NCBI GenBank assembly: GCA_963806225.1
Contig: CAWDXG010000004.1
Location: 4,992,001-5,056,000, forward strand
Length of the DNA stretch: 64,000 bases
Reading direction: 5' to 3'
Origin: an uncultured delta proteobacterium
Lineage (GTDB): Bacteria > Myxococcota_A > Polyangia > Polyangiales > Polyangiaceae
Translations under genes and position numbers: made by a program
The notes under the pieces: model-generated
The model's database searches: none
The model's input: the letters and a program-made list of their open reading frames with translations, nothing else
Told to the model about the DNA's origin: nothing
Shown here: one piece after another, positions 19,169-28,897 of the stretch
How the letters are laid out: each line of letters begins with the position of its first letter
How positions within the stretch are numbered: the first letter of the stretch is position 1

Positions 19169-20166
19169 GGCCCGGGCACGATCACGCGCAGCGCCTGCCG
19201 CAGCACGTCGACTTCCACCCGCGAGGTGGCGACGAATTCCTCGCCGTCGATCTGGGCGGCCAGCGGCGCGTGTCCGTCCGGCACCGCGAAATCGATGACG
19301 ATGCGCCCGCCGCGGAACGGTTTCGAGTGCTCGATGCCGACGGCGTTCAGGCGCTCCTCCGTCAGCGGGTTGCCGTCCAGATCCACGATGGCCTTGCTGG
19401 CCCAGTCCCGCTTGCCGCAAAAGGGCACGATCTCGAACAAGCCGTCGTCGTGGCGCGACGTGCGATCGAAGACCCACGCGCCGCCGTAGAAGCGCGTGCC
19501 GCTGATGACCAGATCCGTGAGACCGGCCAGCTCGTGGCGCACCCCGTCGGCGTCCACGATCGCGTTGAACTTATCGCTGGTGGCGTACGACGCGAGGAAC
19601 ACGCGCAAGAGCGCACCCGCGTACACCAGCTGGTCCCGGTACAGCTCCTTGAGCGGCCCGAATCCGGCGATCTTCTCCCGGTCGAGGTTCCGCGCGGCGA
19701 GCACGCGGGCCGAGAGGCCCCAGCCTGCCGAGTCGAAGAACAGCTCGCTCCGCTCCCCCGCCTTGATACGGCCGGCGTCGAGGCGCGTCTCGTGGCCGCC
19801 GAGCACCACCCGGACGTTGCCGGCGAGCTCCTCGTCGCCGGCGTGAAGGCCGAAGCTCTGCCCTTGGTCGTTCGCCGTTCCCGTCGGCAGCATCCCGAGC
19901 GCGACCTCGTCGGCGCGCGCGGAGCCGAGCAGGCCGGCGGCGACCTCGCGGAACGTGCCGTCGCCGCCCATGTAGATCACGCAGGTGTAGGGCGTGGCGT
20001 CGAGCGCGGCGGTCACCGCGGCGACGGTGCGCCCCTCGGGCTCGGTCGCCAGGAAATCGCAGGCCACGCCGGCGTCGGTCAACAGGCGTCGCGCCTCGTC
20101 GATGCGCGCGGCATTCTTGCCGCTCTGGGCGGTCGGATTGCCGACCAGGAGGTGCGTCGCCGCCAC
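19162..20166 (-). CDS. Diacylglycerol/lipid kinase family protein (YegS/DagK-like)
   Basis: GNPTAQSG, GGDGT, LPTGTAND, FYGG, DDGLFEI and QIDGE. GTG 20166 preferred because TAGGAT lies 7 nt upstream; ATG 20175 is an alternative. Confidence 0.9.
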   Translation of the reverse strand: MAATHLLVGNPTAQSGKNAARIDEARRLLTDAGVACDFLATEPEGRTVAAVTAALDATPYTCVIYMGGDGTFREVAAGLLGSARADEVALGMLPTGTANDQGQSFGLHAGDEELAGNVRVVLGGHETRLDAGRIKAGERSELFFDSAGWGLSARVLAARNLDREKIAGFGPLKELYRDQLVYAGALLRVFLASYATSDKFNAIVDADGVRHELAGLTDLVISGTRFYGGAWVFDRTSRHDDGLFEIVPFCGKRDWASKAIVDLDGNPLTEERLNAVGIEHSKPFRGGRIVIDFAVPDGHAPLAAQIDGEEFVATSRVEVDVLRQALRVIVPGPS

Positions 20167-20263
20167 GTGCCGCATCCTACCACGCGCACGCGCACGGGCT
20201 TGTCCAGGATCGACCCGCACAGCTCGGCGATCTCCTTCACTTCGAGCGCGTCGTGTCCGCCCT

Positions 20264-20743
20264 CTAGAGCACGCTCTCGAGATCCTTGGCGATGCTCTCG
20301 GGCGTGTCTTTCGACGCGTAGCGCTTGAGCACCTTGCCCGACTTGTCCACCAGGAACTTGGTGAAGTTCCACTTGATCGACTCGGAGCCGAGGACACCTT
20401 TGCTCTCGCTCTTCAGGTACCCGTAGAGTGGGTGGGTGTTCTTCCCGTTGACCTCGACCTTGGCGAACATCGGGAAGCTCACGTCGTAGGTGAGGGAGCA
20501 GAAGCTCTTGATCTCCTCTTCGTCGCCCGGTTCCTGGTGACCGAACTGGTCGCACGGAAAGCCGAGCACGACCAGGCCGCGATCGGCGTACTTGCGGTAG
20601 ATCGCCTCGAGGCCCTTGTACTGCGGCGTAAAGCCGCACTTCGACGCGACGTTGACGACGAGCAGGGTCTTGCCCTCGTACTCGGCGAGCTTCTGCTCCT
20701 GGCCTTCGATTGTGCGAACCGTGAAGTCATAGACGCTGGACAT
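20264..20743 (-). CDS. Cys-type glutathione peroxidase family protein
   Basis: VNVASKCGFTPQY, LGFPCDQFGHQEPG and IKWNFTKFLVD. Confidence 0.95.
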   Translation of the reverse strand: MSSVYDFTVRTIEGQEQKLAEYEGKTLLVVNVASKCGFTPQYKGLEAIYRKYADRGLVVLGFPCDQFGHQEPGDEEEIKSFCSLTYDVSFPMFAKVEVNGKNTHPLYGYLKSESKGVLGSESIKWNFTKFLVDKSGKVLKRYASKDTPESIAKDLESVL

Positions 20744-20846
20744 GCGCGATCCCTGGCGCAGTGCCGGGCCGCTGGCAAGGGGTCGGAAGCGCCCAGGCAA
20801 ATCGACCACGGGATCCGCGCGCCGTCGTGGAGTACCATCCCGCGCG

Positions 20847-22640
20847 ATGGCCAATCCGCTGCTTTCCGATCGCGACGTCGAGTTCCTGCTGTTCGAGCTG
20901 TTCGACGCCGAGGCCCTGTGCGGGCTCCCCCACTTCGCGGACCACTCGCGCGAGACGTTCGAGCTGTACCTCGCCTCGGCGAAGAAGCTCGCCCGCGAGG
21001 TGCTCTTCCCGGCGTACCGGCCGTTCGACGAGGCGCCGCCGGTGCTGGAGCAGGGCCGCGTGAAGGTGCACCCGCTGCTCTCCGAGGTCCTGCCGCGGAT
21101 GATCGAGCTCGGGATTATCGCGGCGACCCGACCGGTGGAAGTAGGCGGGCAGCAGCTGCCGGTGCTGGTGGCGTGCATGGCGAATGCGTACCTGATGGCG
21201 GCCAATGCCGGCGCGTACGGCTTCATCGGTTTGACGAGCGGCGCCGGCCGCCTGATCGAGTCGTTCGGCAGCGAGGCGCTGAAGCGCGAGTACATGGATC
21301 CGATGTACGAAGGTCGCTGGACCGGCACGATGGCGCTCACCGAGCCGCAGGCGGGCAGCAGCCTGTCGGACGTGCAGACGCACGCCACCCCCACCGACGA
21401 CGGCTACTACTTGATCCGCGGTTCGAAGATCTTCATCTCCGGCGGCGACCAGGACGTGACGGAGAACATCGTGCATCTGCTCCTGGCGCGCATCGACGGC
21501 GCGCCGCCCGGTATCAAGGGCGTGAGCCTGTTTGCGGTGCCCAGGCTGCGCCGCGAGGGCGAGGAGCTCGTTCCGAACGACGTGGCCGTAACCGGCGTGA
21601 TCCACAAGATCGGCTGGCGCGGTCTGCCGAGCCTCGCCCTCGACTACGGCGAGAACGGCGACTGCCGCGGCTGGCTCGTGGGCGAGCCGCACCAGGGCAT
21701 CCGCTACATGTTCCAGATGATGAACGAGGCGCGGCTGATGGTCGGCGTGAACGGTGCGGCCACCTCGTCGGCGGCCTACCACGAGGCGCTGGCGTACGCG
21801 GCGGACCGCCCCCAGGGCCGGCGGCTCGGCGAAAAGGATCCCACGCAGCCGCAGGTGCCGATCATCGAGCACGCCGACGTGCGGCGCATGCTGCTCCGGC
21901 AGAAGGCGATCGTCGAGGGCGGGCTGTCGCTGCTCGCAGAGTGCGCGCGCCTGTCCGATCTTTCCGAGCACACGACGGACGACGCCGAGCGCAAGCGCGC
22001 GGGGCTCCTGCTCGATCTGCTCACGCCGATCGCCAAGACTTTTCCCGCGGAGCGCGGCTTCGAAGCCAACGCGCTGGCCGTGCAGATCCACGGCGGCTAC
22101 GGCTACTCGAGCGAGTACCTGCCCGAGTCGTGGCTCCGCGACCAGAAGCTCAACAGCATCCACGAGGGCACGACGGGCATCCAGAGCCTGGACCTGCTCG
22201 GCCGCAAGGTGATGGGCCACGGCGGACAGTCACTGTTCGCCCTGCGCGACGAGCTCGTCGCCACCGTCGCCGACGCGCGGGCCGCCGGCGTGGACGACGA
22301 GTGGTGCGGGCGGCTGGAGGGCGCGCTCGCGGCGCTCGGCAGCGTGACGGAGCACCTCGGCGGGCTCGGCATGCAGGGCGACGTCGCCGGCATGCTGCTG
22401 CACAGCGCCGACTACATGGACCTTTTCTCGACGGTCGTGATCGGCTGGCAGTGGCTGAAGCAGGCCGCGGTAGCGAAGCCCGGCCTGGACGCCGGTCGTG
22501 CAACCCCTGCCTTCTACGAAGGCAAGCTGTGCGCCGCGCAGTACTGGATCAATACCGAGTTGCCCCGCGCCGGCTACCTCGCCGCCCTGTGCCGCAGCGG
22601 CGAGGACTCGTACGCGCGCATCAAGCCCGAGTGGTTCTGA
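20847..22640 (+). CDS. Acyl-CoA dehydrogenase
   Basis: [41 protein letters not shown] and IHEGTTGIQ. Confidence 0.95.
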   Translation: MANPLLSDRDVEFLLFELFDAEALCGLPHFADHSRETFELYLASAKKLAREVLFPAYRPFDEAPPVLEQGRVKVHPLLSEVLPRMIELGIIAATRPVEVGGQQLPVLVACMANAYLMAANAGAYGFIGLTSGAGRLIESFGSEALKREYMDPMYEGRWTGTMALTEPQAGSSLSDVQTHATPTDDGYYLIRGSKIFISGGDQDVTENIVHLLLARIDGAPPGIKGVSLFAVPRLRREGEELVPNDVAVTGVIHKIGWRGLPSLALDYGENGDCRGWLVGEPHQGIRYMFQMMNEARLMVGVNGAATSSAAYHEALAYAADRPQGRRLGEKDPTQPQVPIIEHADVRRMLLRQKAIVEGGLSLLAECARLSDLSEHTTDDAERKRAGLLLDLLTPIAKTFPAERGFEANALAVQIHGGYGYSSEYLPESWLRDQKLNSIHEGTTGIQSLDLLGRKVMGHGGQSLFALRDELVATVADARAAGVDDEWCGRLEGALAALGSVTEHLGGLGMQGDVAGMLLHSADYMDLFSTVVIGWQWLKQAAVAKPGLDAGRATPAFYEGKLCAAQYWINTELPRAGYLAALCRSGEDSYARIKPEWF

Positions 22641-22643
22641 GCG

Positions 22644-23573
22644 TCAGCGGCAGTCGCACGTGGCGTGCCAACTGCCGGCGGGGCGCGCGCACACGAGCTT
22701 TATCTTTCCGGGGGGTCCGCCCTTGCATAGGTCATCTGGGCAGTCGCCGACGCGATCGCACATCACGGCGCTCGTGCCGTAGTCGGCAACCTGGCACGTG
22801 GTGCTCCCCAAAGCATAGTTGCAGCGTTCGCCGGGCAGGCAGTCGGCTTGACCCAGGCAGGTGACCCGGAACAGCGGGCGGCCTTCCTTGCACCACGTCG
22901 CCATCCGCGGATCGGAATCGGCGACGCATTCGGGGCTCTTCGAGGGGCCGAGCGCCAGGCACGCATGAGTCTGGAGATTGCAGGGAGCGCCGCCGCACCG
23001 GATCTCCGCGCGGCGCCTGCACGTGCCCTTCACGCAAACGCTGTTCGGCGTGCGGCAGGGAAGATCGGCGGTGCACACCTCGCCGAAGTCGCACGTCGCT
23101 CCTCTTCCGGCGGACGGCTTGCAGACCAGCGCGCTGCCGCCGCTGAAGAGCCACTGGCTGCAGCACAGCTGCCCCGCCGGGCACTGCGCCGAGCTTCGAC
23201 AGCGCGCGATCTCGTCGACCTGGATCCCGTGCGGCGCCGCCTGGCAGAGGCTGATCTGCGAGCCCAGCGGTTGGATCGCATCCGACGGCTTCGGAAGCGC
23301 GTCGGGAGCGCAGACGGACACGTCGCCCGCGCTGCAGCAGGACTCCGAGCCGACGCGGCAGCGGTGCTTGCCGCACTCGAACGAGCTCTTCGGGTCGAGC
23401 GTCCCGGTCTGCGCCGCGGGCGGCTTCGCCGGTTCCGGTCGCGAGCTTGTCGCCGGCGCCGGCGCCACCATTACGGGACGCGGAGACGCGACGCCGGCAT
23501 TGGGTTGGACGTGACCGCTGGCGCAGCTGCTCGCCGTGGGCATCAGTCCCAGCGCGCCGGTCCGCGACCGCAT
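22644..23573 (-). CDS. Cys-rich putative lipoprotein
   Basis: Weak signal ending in SSC, Pro-rich linker, many Cys/CC pairs; TAGAAT 7 nt before ATG. Confidence 0.65.
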   Translation of the reverse strand: MRSRTGALGLMPTASSCASGHVQPNAGVASPRPVMVAPAPATSSRPEPAKPPAAQTGTLDPKSSFECGKHRCRVGSESCCSAGDVSVCAPDALPKPSDAIQPLGSQISLCQAAPHGIQVDEIARCRSSAQCPAGQLCCSQWLFSGGSALVCKPSAGRGATCDFGEVCTADLPCRTPNSVCVKGTCRRRAEIRCGGAPCNLQTHACLALGPSKSPECVADSDPRMATWCKEGRPLFRVTCLGQADCLPGERCNYALGSTTCQVADYGTSAVMCDRVGDCPDDLCKGGPPGKIKLVCARPAGSWHATCDCR

Positions 23574-23745
23574 GGCGGCGATTCTAGCCCGCTCTACAGA
23601 AGCTGCCGCGCGGCCCGGTCCCCGTACCGAACACGCCCCGTTTCAACGGGTTCCAGGCGTCGTACGTGGATCAACGCGCGAGCGGGGCAGCATGGAGCTC
23701 GACCTCGGGGTCGGTGTGACGGCGTGCGGGCGTGCGACCCTGCCT

Positions 23746-24084
23746 CTACAGATCCAGAACGAGCCGCAACTTGCGGTCGAGCTCCGCGAGGGTGCGCGGA
23801 CGGAGGCGTCCGACGCGGCCGGGTGCCAGGCGGTCCGCTATGACGGCGCGGAGCTCGCTCGTCAGTGCGTAGTGCTCGCTGCCGCTGCCGCATTCGGCCG
23901 CGGCTATGCGCACGGACAAAGAGCTCTTGCGGAAAGCGGCGTCGTCGGCCAACGGCACGACGACGAGCGTGGGCAGCGCAGCACAGAGTGGCGTGGCCTG
24001 GACCACCACAACGCGCTCGCCGGTCTTTTCGCTGCCGAAGCCGAGCCGGCGCTTGAGCTCGAGCACGTCACCGCGCTCGGCCAT
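23746..24084 (-). CDS. PemK/MazF-like toxin
   Basis: 112 aa: ERGDV, VVVVQ, LVVVPL, LRAV..DRL, RVGRL and LAELDRKLRLVLDL; overlaps the upstream small gene by 17 nt. Confidence 0.8.
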   Translation of the reverse strand: MAERGDVLELKRRLGFGSEKTGERVVVVQATPLCAALPTLVVVPLADDAAFRKSSLSVRIAAAECGSGSEHYALTSELRAVIADRLAPGRVGRLRPRTLAELDRKLRLVLDL

Positions 24085-24310
24085 CGAGTTCCTCCAGCGC
24101 TTCCGCCACGAACAAGAGGCGCTCGCGGAGCTCCGCGGTCGTTTCGTCGGCCACCCGGCGATAGAATTCGGCCCGCTCCGCTCGCTCGAGCGCTTCGAGC
24201 AACAGCTCGCGGGCAAGCTCGGACTCGGTCTTGTCCAGCTTCTTCGCGATCGCCTTGAGGCGGCGTCGTGCCTCGACCGGCACATTCAGATTGATGCGCT
24301 CGAGTGCCAT
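24068..24310 (-). CDS. Ribbon-helix-helix antitoxin
   Basis: 80 aa, MALERINLNVPVEARRRLKAIAKKLDKTESELARELL (beta-alpha-alpha RHH pattern), upstream of the toxin. Confidence 0.8.
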   Translation of the reverse strand: MALERINLNVPVEARRRLKAIAKKLDKTESELARELLLEALERAERAEFYRRVADETTAELRERLLFVAEALEELDGRAR

Positions 24311-24324
24311 CCTCGCTAGGGATG

Positions 24325-24352
24325 AATATATGCATCGAATCGAGGATGTCAA
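24325..24352 (-). promoter_or_regulatory. Sigma70-type promoter of the TA operon
   Basis: TTGACA-N16-TATATT; CATCC-N7-GGATG inverted repeat at 24308-24324 immediately downstream. Confidence 0.65.
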
Positions 24353-24379
24353 TCAGGATGGAAAAGCATCCCGAGCCAT

Positions 24380-24689
24380 CCCGCGCGGAGCGCTTCTCGG
24401 GACGGGAGGCGACGATGGCGAGCGCATCGAAGACGGCGTGCGCCGTGTCGTGCAGCGCCACGGCGGCAGGGGGGAACGGATCGAGCTTTCCAGGCCCTGG
24501 CGCTATTTCCCCCACGTCGAAAGCGCCGACCTGCGCGCCGGATTCCAGGAGCGACTCGAGGCCGAGTCGCCGGCAGGCTCGATGTCCGGTGAGCGGCGGC
24601 TAGGCCCGCCCCAGCCAGTCGAGTGCGCGCTCGACGATCAGCTGCTGCGATGCCAGCAGATCGTGGTGCTCCGCGGCGCGGCTAGGCAT
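24380..24689 (-). pseudogene. Decayed gene fragment, possibly arginase/agmatinase family
   Basis: ATG 24689 ...IVERALDWLGRA, in-frame stop at 24600-24602, then LTG...VGAFDVGEIAP...D...TAHAVFDAL, loosely like the C-terminal DxxExxP region of ureohydrolases. Confidence 0.3.
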
Positions 24690-24758
24690 GGTCCGGCTCT
24701 AGAGAGCCAGCAAGCTGCGGGGAGCTGCCGCCTCGACGTGGTGCGGCAGCTCTCCGCC

Positions 24759-27560
24759 CTACTCGAGCTCGCCGACCAGCGCCCGCGCTTCTTCGAGCTG
24801 CGCCTTCTGCCGCTCCAGCGCCGCGAGCTGTTCGCGCGCTTCGGCGACGACCTCGGGCGGTGCCTTCTCGACGAACTTCGGGTTCGAGAGGCGCTTGCCG
24901 AGCACGTCGATGTCCTTCTGGGTCTTCTTCAAACTGCGCTCGATGCGCTGCTCTTCGGTCTTGGCCTCGACCAGGCCGCGCAGGCCGACGAGCACTTCGA
25001 CCTCGCCCGCGACGCTGAGCACGCTGCCCTTCGGCCGCTCGCCCGTGGCGTCTTCCACGCCGGGGGCGCCATCGGTCCGCACCAGGAACTCGATCAGCCC
25101 TGCCTGCTCGGTGAGCAGCATACGCAGCGCGGCGTCGTGGCTGCGCAGCGTGAGCGGCACGCGCGCGGCGGGAGATATCTCGTGCTCGCTGCGCACCGAG
25201 CGCGCCGCGGAGATCGCGCGCATCAGCGCGTCCATCTGCCGCTCGGCGTCGGCATCCGCACGCCCATCCGCCGCGACGGGGTAGGGCGAAAGCGCGATCG
25301 ACGCGGGGCGCGACGCGGGCCGCGGCACCTTCTGCCACAGCTCCTCGGTGATGAAGGGCATGAACGGGTGCAGCGCGCGGAGGGCCGTCTCGATCACGTG
25401 CGCCAGCGTCTGCCGCGTCTCGGCCTTCTCTTCCTCGCTGCCGCCGGTGAACACGGGCTTGCTGGCCTCGAGGAACCAGTCGCACAGCTCGTCCCAGAAG
25501 AAGTGGTAGAGCGCACTCGACGCGCCGTCGAGGCGGAACTCGTCGATGCTCTTCGTGCTCTCTTCCACCACCGTGGCGAGCCGCGAAAGGATCCAGCGGT
25601 TCGCAAGCAGCTTCGGCTCCGCCGGCGGCTTGCCGTCGAGCACCGCGCCCTCGATGTGTCCGAGCGAGTAGCGAACGGCGTTGTAGATCTTGTTGCAGAA
25701 GTTGCGATAGCCCTCGATGCGCTTGGGGCTGAGGGCAATGCGGTGCGCCTGCGGCGAGTAGCTGCAGAGCGTGAAGCGCAGCGCGTCGCCGCCGTAGGCA
25801 GGGAAGCCCTTGCCGATCTGCGCTGCGGACGGATACGCCTTCTTGAACTTGCCGAGCGCTTCCTTCACCGGCGCGCCGGGCAGCGACTTCTGCACCATCT
25901 TCTCGAAGTCGGCGCCGTGGATGAGGTCGAGCGGGTCGAGCGTGTTGCCCTTGACCTTGCTCATCTTGGCGCCCGTCTCGTCGACCACCATTCCGTGCAG
26001 CAGCACGCGGCGGAACGGCACGTCGCCCATGAAGTGCAGGCCCATCATCATCATGCGCGCGACCCAGAAGAACAGGATGTCGTAGCCCGTCTCCATGTCG
26101 CTGGCGGGATAGAAGCGCTCGAGCGCGGGCGTCTTGTCGGGCCACCCCAGCGTGGAGAAGGGCCAGAGCGCGCTCGAGAACCAGGTGTCGAGCACGTCCG
26201 GATCCTGTTCGAGCTTGTCGCTGCCGCACTCGGCACACTTGGCGGGCCGGTCCTCGCGCGTGACGGTGATGTGTCCCTGGTCGCAGAAGAACGCCGGGAT
26301 CTGGTGGCCCCACCAGAGCTGCCGCGAGATGCACCAGTCCTGGATGTTGGTCAGCCAGTGCTCGTAGGTCTTGACCCACTCTTCCGGGATGATGCGCGTG
26401 CGCCCGTCACGCACCGCTTCAAGCGCAGGCTCCGCGAGCGGCGTGGTTTTCACGAACCACTGCGTGCTGATCATCGGCTCGACGATGGTGCCGGAGCGCT
26501 GGCAGCGCGGCAGCGTGAGCGCGTGCTTCTTCGAGCCGCGCTCGAGGCCGGCGTCGGCGAGCGCCTGCTTCACGGCCTTGCGCGCTTCCTTCACCGTCAT
26601 GCCCTTGAAGCGGCCCGCCTCGTCGTTGAGCGTGCCGTCGAGGTCGAGGATGCTGATCTCCTCGAGCTGGTGGCGCTTGCCGGTCGCAAAATCGTTGAAG
26701 TCGTGCGCCGGCGTGACCTTCACGGCGCCGGTGCCGAACTCCATGTCGACCAGGATCGCGTCGGTGATGATCGGGATCTCGCGGTCGACGAAGGGGTGCT
26801 TGAGCTTCTTCCCGTGCAGGTGCTCGTATCGGGGATCGTCCGGGTGCACGGCCACGGCCGTGTCGCCCAGCATCGTCTCGGGGCGCGTGGTCGCGACCAC
26901 GAGCTCCGTCGCGCCCTCGGAGGCATCGGCGCCGGCGACCGGGTAGGCGAACTCGTACATCTCGCCGTCGGCTTCCTCGTTGTCGACTTCGAGATCGCTG
27001 AGGGCCGTGCGGCAGTCGTTGCACCAGTTGATGAGCCGCGTGTCGCGGTAGATGAGCCCTTCCTCGTACAGGCGCACGAAGGACTCGCGCACGGCGACCG
27101 CCATATCGGGGTCCATCGTGAACTTGATGCGGTCCCAGTCGCACGAGCAGCCGAGCACGTGCATCTGCTCCAGGATGCGGCCGCCGCTCTCCTCCCGCCA
27201 CTTCCACACGCGCTCGACGAATTTCTCGCGGCCGAGGTCGTGGCGGGTCTTGTTCTCGCGGCGGAGCTGGCGCTCGACGACCGTCTGCGTGGCGATGCCC
27301 GCGTGATCGAGCCCGGGCTGCCACAGGGCGTTGTAGCCCTGCATGCGCTTGTGGCGGACCAGCACGTCCTGCAGCGTGCCCATGAGTGCGTGGCCCATGT
27401 GCAGCGAGCCCGTGACGTTCGGCAGCGGCAGCGGCACGACGTACACCGGTCGGTTGTCGTCGGGATCCGTGCTCGCGTGGAACACCTTCTGCTCGAGCCA
27501 GAACTTGTACCAGCGGGGCTCGACTTCGGTGGGCTCGTAGGCCTTCGGCAGCTCGTCCAT
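24759..27560 (-). CDS. valS: Valine--tRNA ligase
   Basis: PNVTGSLHMGH, DHAGIATQ, ATTRPET, DWCISRQLWWGH, DTWFSS, KMSKV and a C-terminal coiled coil (FVEKAP). Confidence 0.98.
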   Translation of the reverse strand: MDELPKAYEPTEVEPRWYKFWLEQKVFHASTDPDDNRPVYVVPLPLPNVTGSLHMGHALMGTLQDVLVRHKRMQGYNALWQPGLDHAGIATQTVVERQLRRENKTRHDLGREKFVERVWKWREESGGRILEQMHVLGCSCDWDRIKFTMDPDMAVAVRESFVRLYEEGLIYRDTRLINWCNDCRTALSDLEVDNEEADGEMYEFAYPVAGADASEGATELVVATTRPETMLGDTAVAVHPDDPRYEHLHGKKLKHPFVDREIPIITDAILVDMEFGTGAVKVTPAHDFNDFATGKRHQLEEISILDLDGTLNDEAGRFKGMTVKEARKAVKQALADAGLERGSKKHALTLPRCQRSGTIVEPMISTQWFVKTTPLAEPALEAVRDGRTRIIPEEWVKTYEHWLTNIQDWCISRQLWWGHQIPAFFCDQGHITVTREDRPAKCAECGSDKLEQDPDVLDTWFSSALWPFSTLGWPDKTPALERFYPASDMETGYDILFFWVARMMMMGLHFMGDVPFRRVLLHGMVVDETGAKMSKVKGNTLDPLDLIHGADFEKMVQKSLPGAPVKEALGKFKKAYPSAAQIGKGFPAYGGDALRFTLCSYSPQAHRIALSPKRIEGYRNFCNKIYNAVRYSLGHIEGAVLDGKPPAEPKLLANRWILSRLATVVEESTKSIDEFRLDGASSALYHFFWDELCDWFLEASKPVFTGGSEEEKAETRQTLAHVIETALRALHPFMPFITEELWQKVPRPASRPASIALSPYPVAADGRADADAERQMDALMRAISAARSVRSEHEISPAARVPLTLRSHDAALRMLLTEQAGLIEFLVRTDGAPGVEDATGERPKGSVLSVAGEVEVLVGLRGLVEAKTEEQRIERSLKKTQKDIDVLGKRLSNPKFVEKAPPEVVAEAREQLAALERQKAQLEEARALVGELE

Positions 27561-27679
27561 CGGGGCGGAAACCTAGATCACTGCGCCCAATGAAGCGAGG
27601 TCCGCTGCGGGGTGGGGGTGGGCGGGCGGGAAACAAACCCATCCCACGCCGGCGAGCTACGTTTGCCGGTACAGCAGCC

Positions 27680-28570
27680 CTACTCGTTGGTCAGACGCCG
27701 GATCTCTTCCTTGATCAGCGTCTCGGCGAGCACGGGAACGACTTCCCAGACCACCTGCTCGACCACTTCGCGCGAGAGCGCGAGCACGGCCTGCACCTGA
27801 TCGGAGTCGAGGCCGAGGCCCTCGAGCTTTTCTGCGAACTGGCCGCTGCCGTTGGTGGCGGCGGCGGCGGCTGCGGGCGCTGCGACGGCTGCAGGCTTGG
27901 CCGGCACGGGGACGCCGGTGACCGGAGTCGGCGCGATGGGCGCCGTCTGCCGGACGGGTGCGGGAGCCGGCTGCGCCTGGGGCGGAGCGGGCGTGCCAGT
28001 GGCCGTTTGCGCGCGCGGTGGCGCGGCGGCGGCGGCGGGAGCCGGCGCTGCCCCGGGCGGCGGAGCCCCGTATGAGAGTGTGGGCGAGCGGGGGCGGAGC
28101 CCAGGCGGCGCACCAGGTGCCGCCGCGACCGGCGCAGGGGCAGGCGAAGGCGCCGGAGCGGCTGCGGGCGGAGCCGCGGCTGCTGCGGGCTGCGCGCCGG
28201 CCTCACCCGCCTTCCGGGCCAGCGCGCCGACCTTGTCGATCAGCTGCTGGGTGTCGAACGGCTTGTCCATGAAGTCGTCCGCACCCACCGCCGAGCCGCG
28301 GGAGCGGTCGTACGGCTGCTGCTTGCTCGACAGGATGAGTACCTGCGCGCCGGGGGCGTTCTGCTTGACCTGCTGGCACAGGTCGTAGCCGTTTTCGGAG
28401 CCGAGCTGCGCGTCGATCAGCACGACCGCGGGCCCCTCCGCGCCGAGTTTTTGTAGAGCGTCGGCGGAGGATTCGGCCAGGACCGTACGATAATCCTCCC
28501 CCGCGAAGGTGATCTCCAGCACCTTGCGCATTGTCTTGCTGTCGTCGACGGCCAGCAGCGTCGTGGTCAC
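27680..28570 (-). CDS. romR: RomR-like polarity response regulator
   Basis: Receiver domain (VDDS, LID, DKPF), Pro/Ala linker and C-terminal SREVVEQVVWEVVPVLAETLIKEEI; GGAGG before GTG; adjacent to valS. Confidence 0.85.
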   Translation of the reverse strand: MTTTLLAVDDSKTMRKVLEITFAGEDYRTVLAESSADALQKLGAEGPAVVLIDAQLGSENGYDLCQQVKQNAPGAQVLILSSKQQPYDRSRGSAVGADDFMDKPFDTQQLIDKVGALARKAGEAGAQPAAAAAPPAAAPAPSPAPAPVAAAPGAPPGLRPRSPTLSYGAPPPGAAPAPAAAAAPPRAQTATGTPAPPQAQPAPAPVRQTAPIAPTPVTGVPVPAKPAAVAAPAAAAAATNGSGQFAEKLEGLGLDSDQVQAVLALSREVVEQVVWEVVPVLAETLIKEEIRRLTNE

Positions 28571-28604
28571 AGGTCCTCCGGGTCTCGGGATAGGCCGGTG
28601 CGAG

Positions 28605-28633
28605 ATCATCCAGTTCCGCTACAAAAGTGTCAA
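28605..28633 (-). promoter_or_regulatory. Sigma70-type promoter of romR
   Basis: TTGACA-N17-GATGAT on the minus strand. Confidence 0.5.
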
Positions 28634-28897
28634 GGAATTCGCGGTTCGCCGGGTCCGGCCCCGGCCGGCCGGACCCGGCGGAACTCGTTGCTTGGCGCCA
28701 GAATCCGGCCCCTACGGACGCTTTGCCGGGTCTGTGCGGCTGTCCACCGGGCTCGGCAGGCGTGCGCCCCAACATGCCCGCCGCCGGGTCAGGCCAGGGT
28801 GCGCGCGCGCTGGAGGGCTTGGCCTTGCGCTGCCCGGTCGCGCCGCCCCGGGCTGCCCGAGGTGCCTCTTTTCCGGCCTCGACGCCGGCTCTGCGCG

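Noticed and set aside
20264..20743. Selenocysteine glutathione peroxidase
   Set aside because: The active-site codon is TGC (Cys) and there is no in-frame TGA.
24231..27593. 1120-aa plus-strand ORF and similar long shadow ORFs (e.g. 3660-6020, 9434-12082, 19994-22864, 52033-54273)
   Set aside because: Antisense or alternate-frame shadows of real genes, expected at high GC, with no family motifs.
27561..27680. T-box riboswitch upstream of valS
   Set aside because: The region is too short, has no T-box consensus, and a -10 hexamer sits 9 nt from the ATG.
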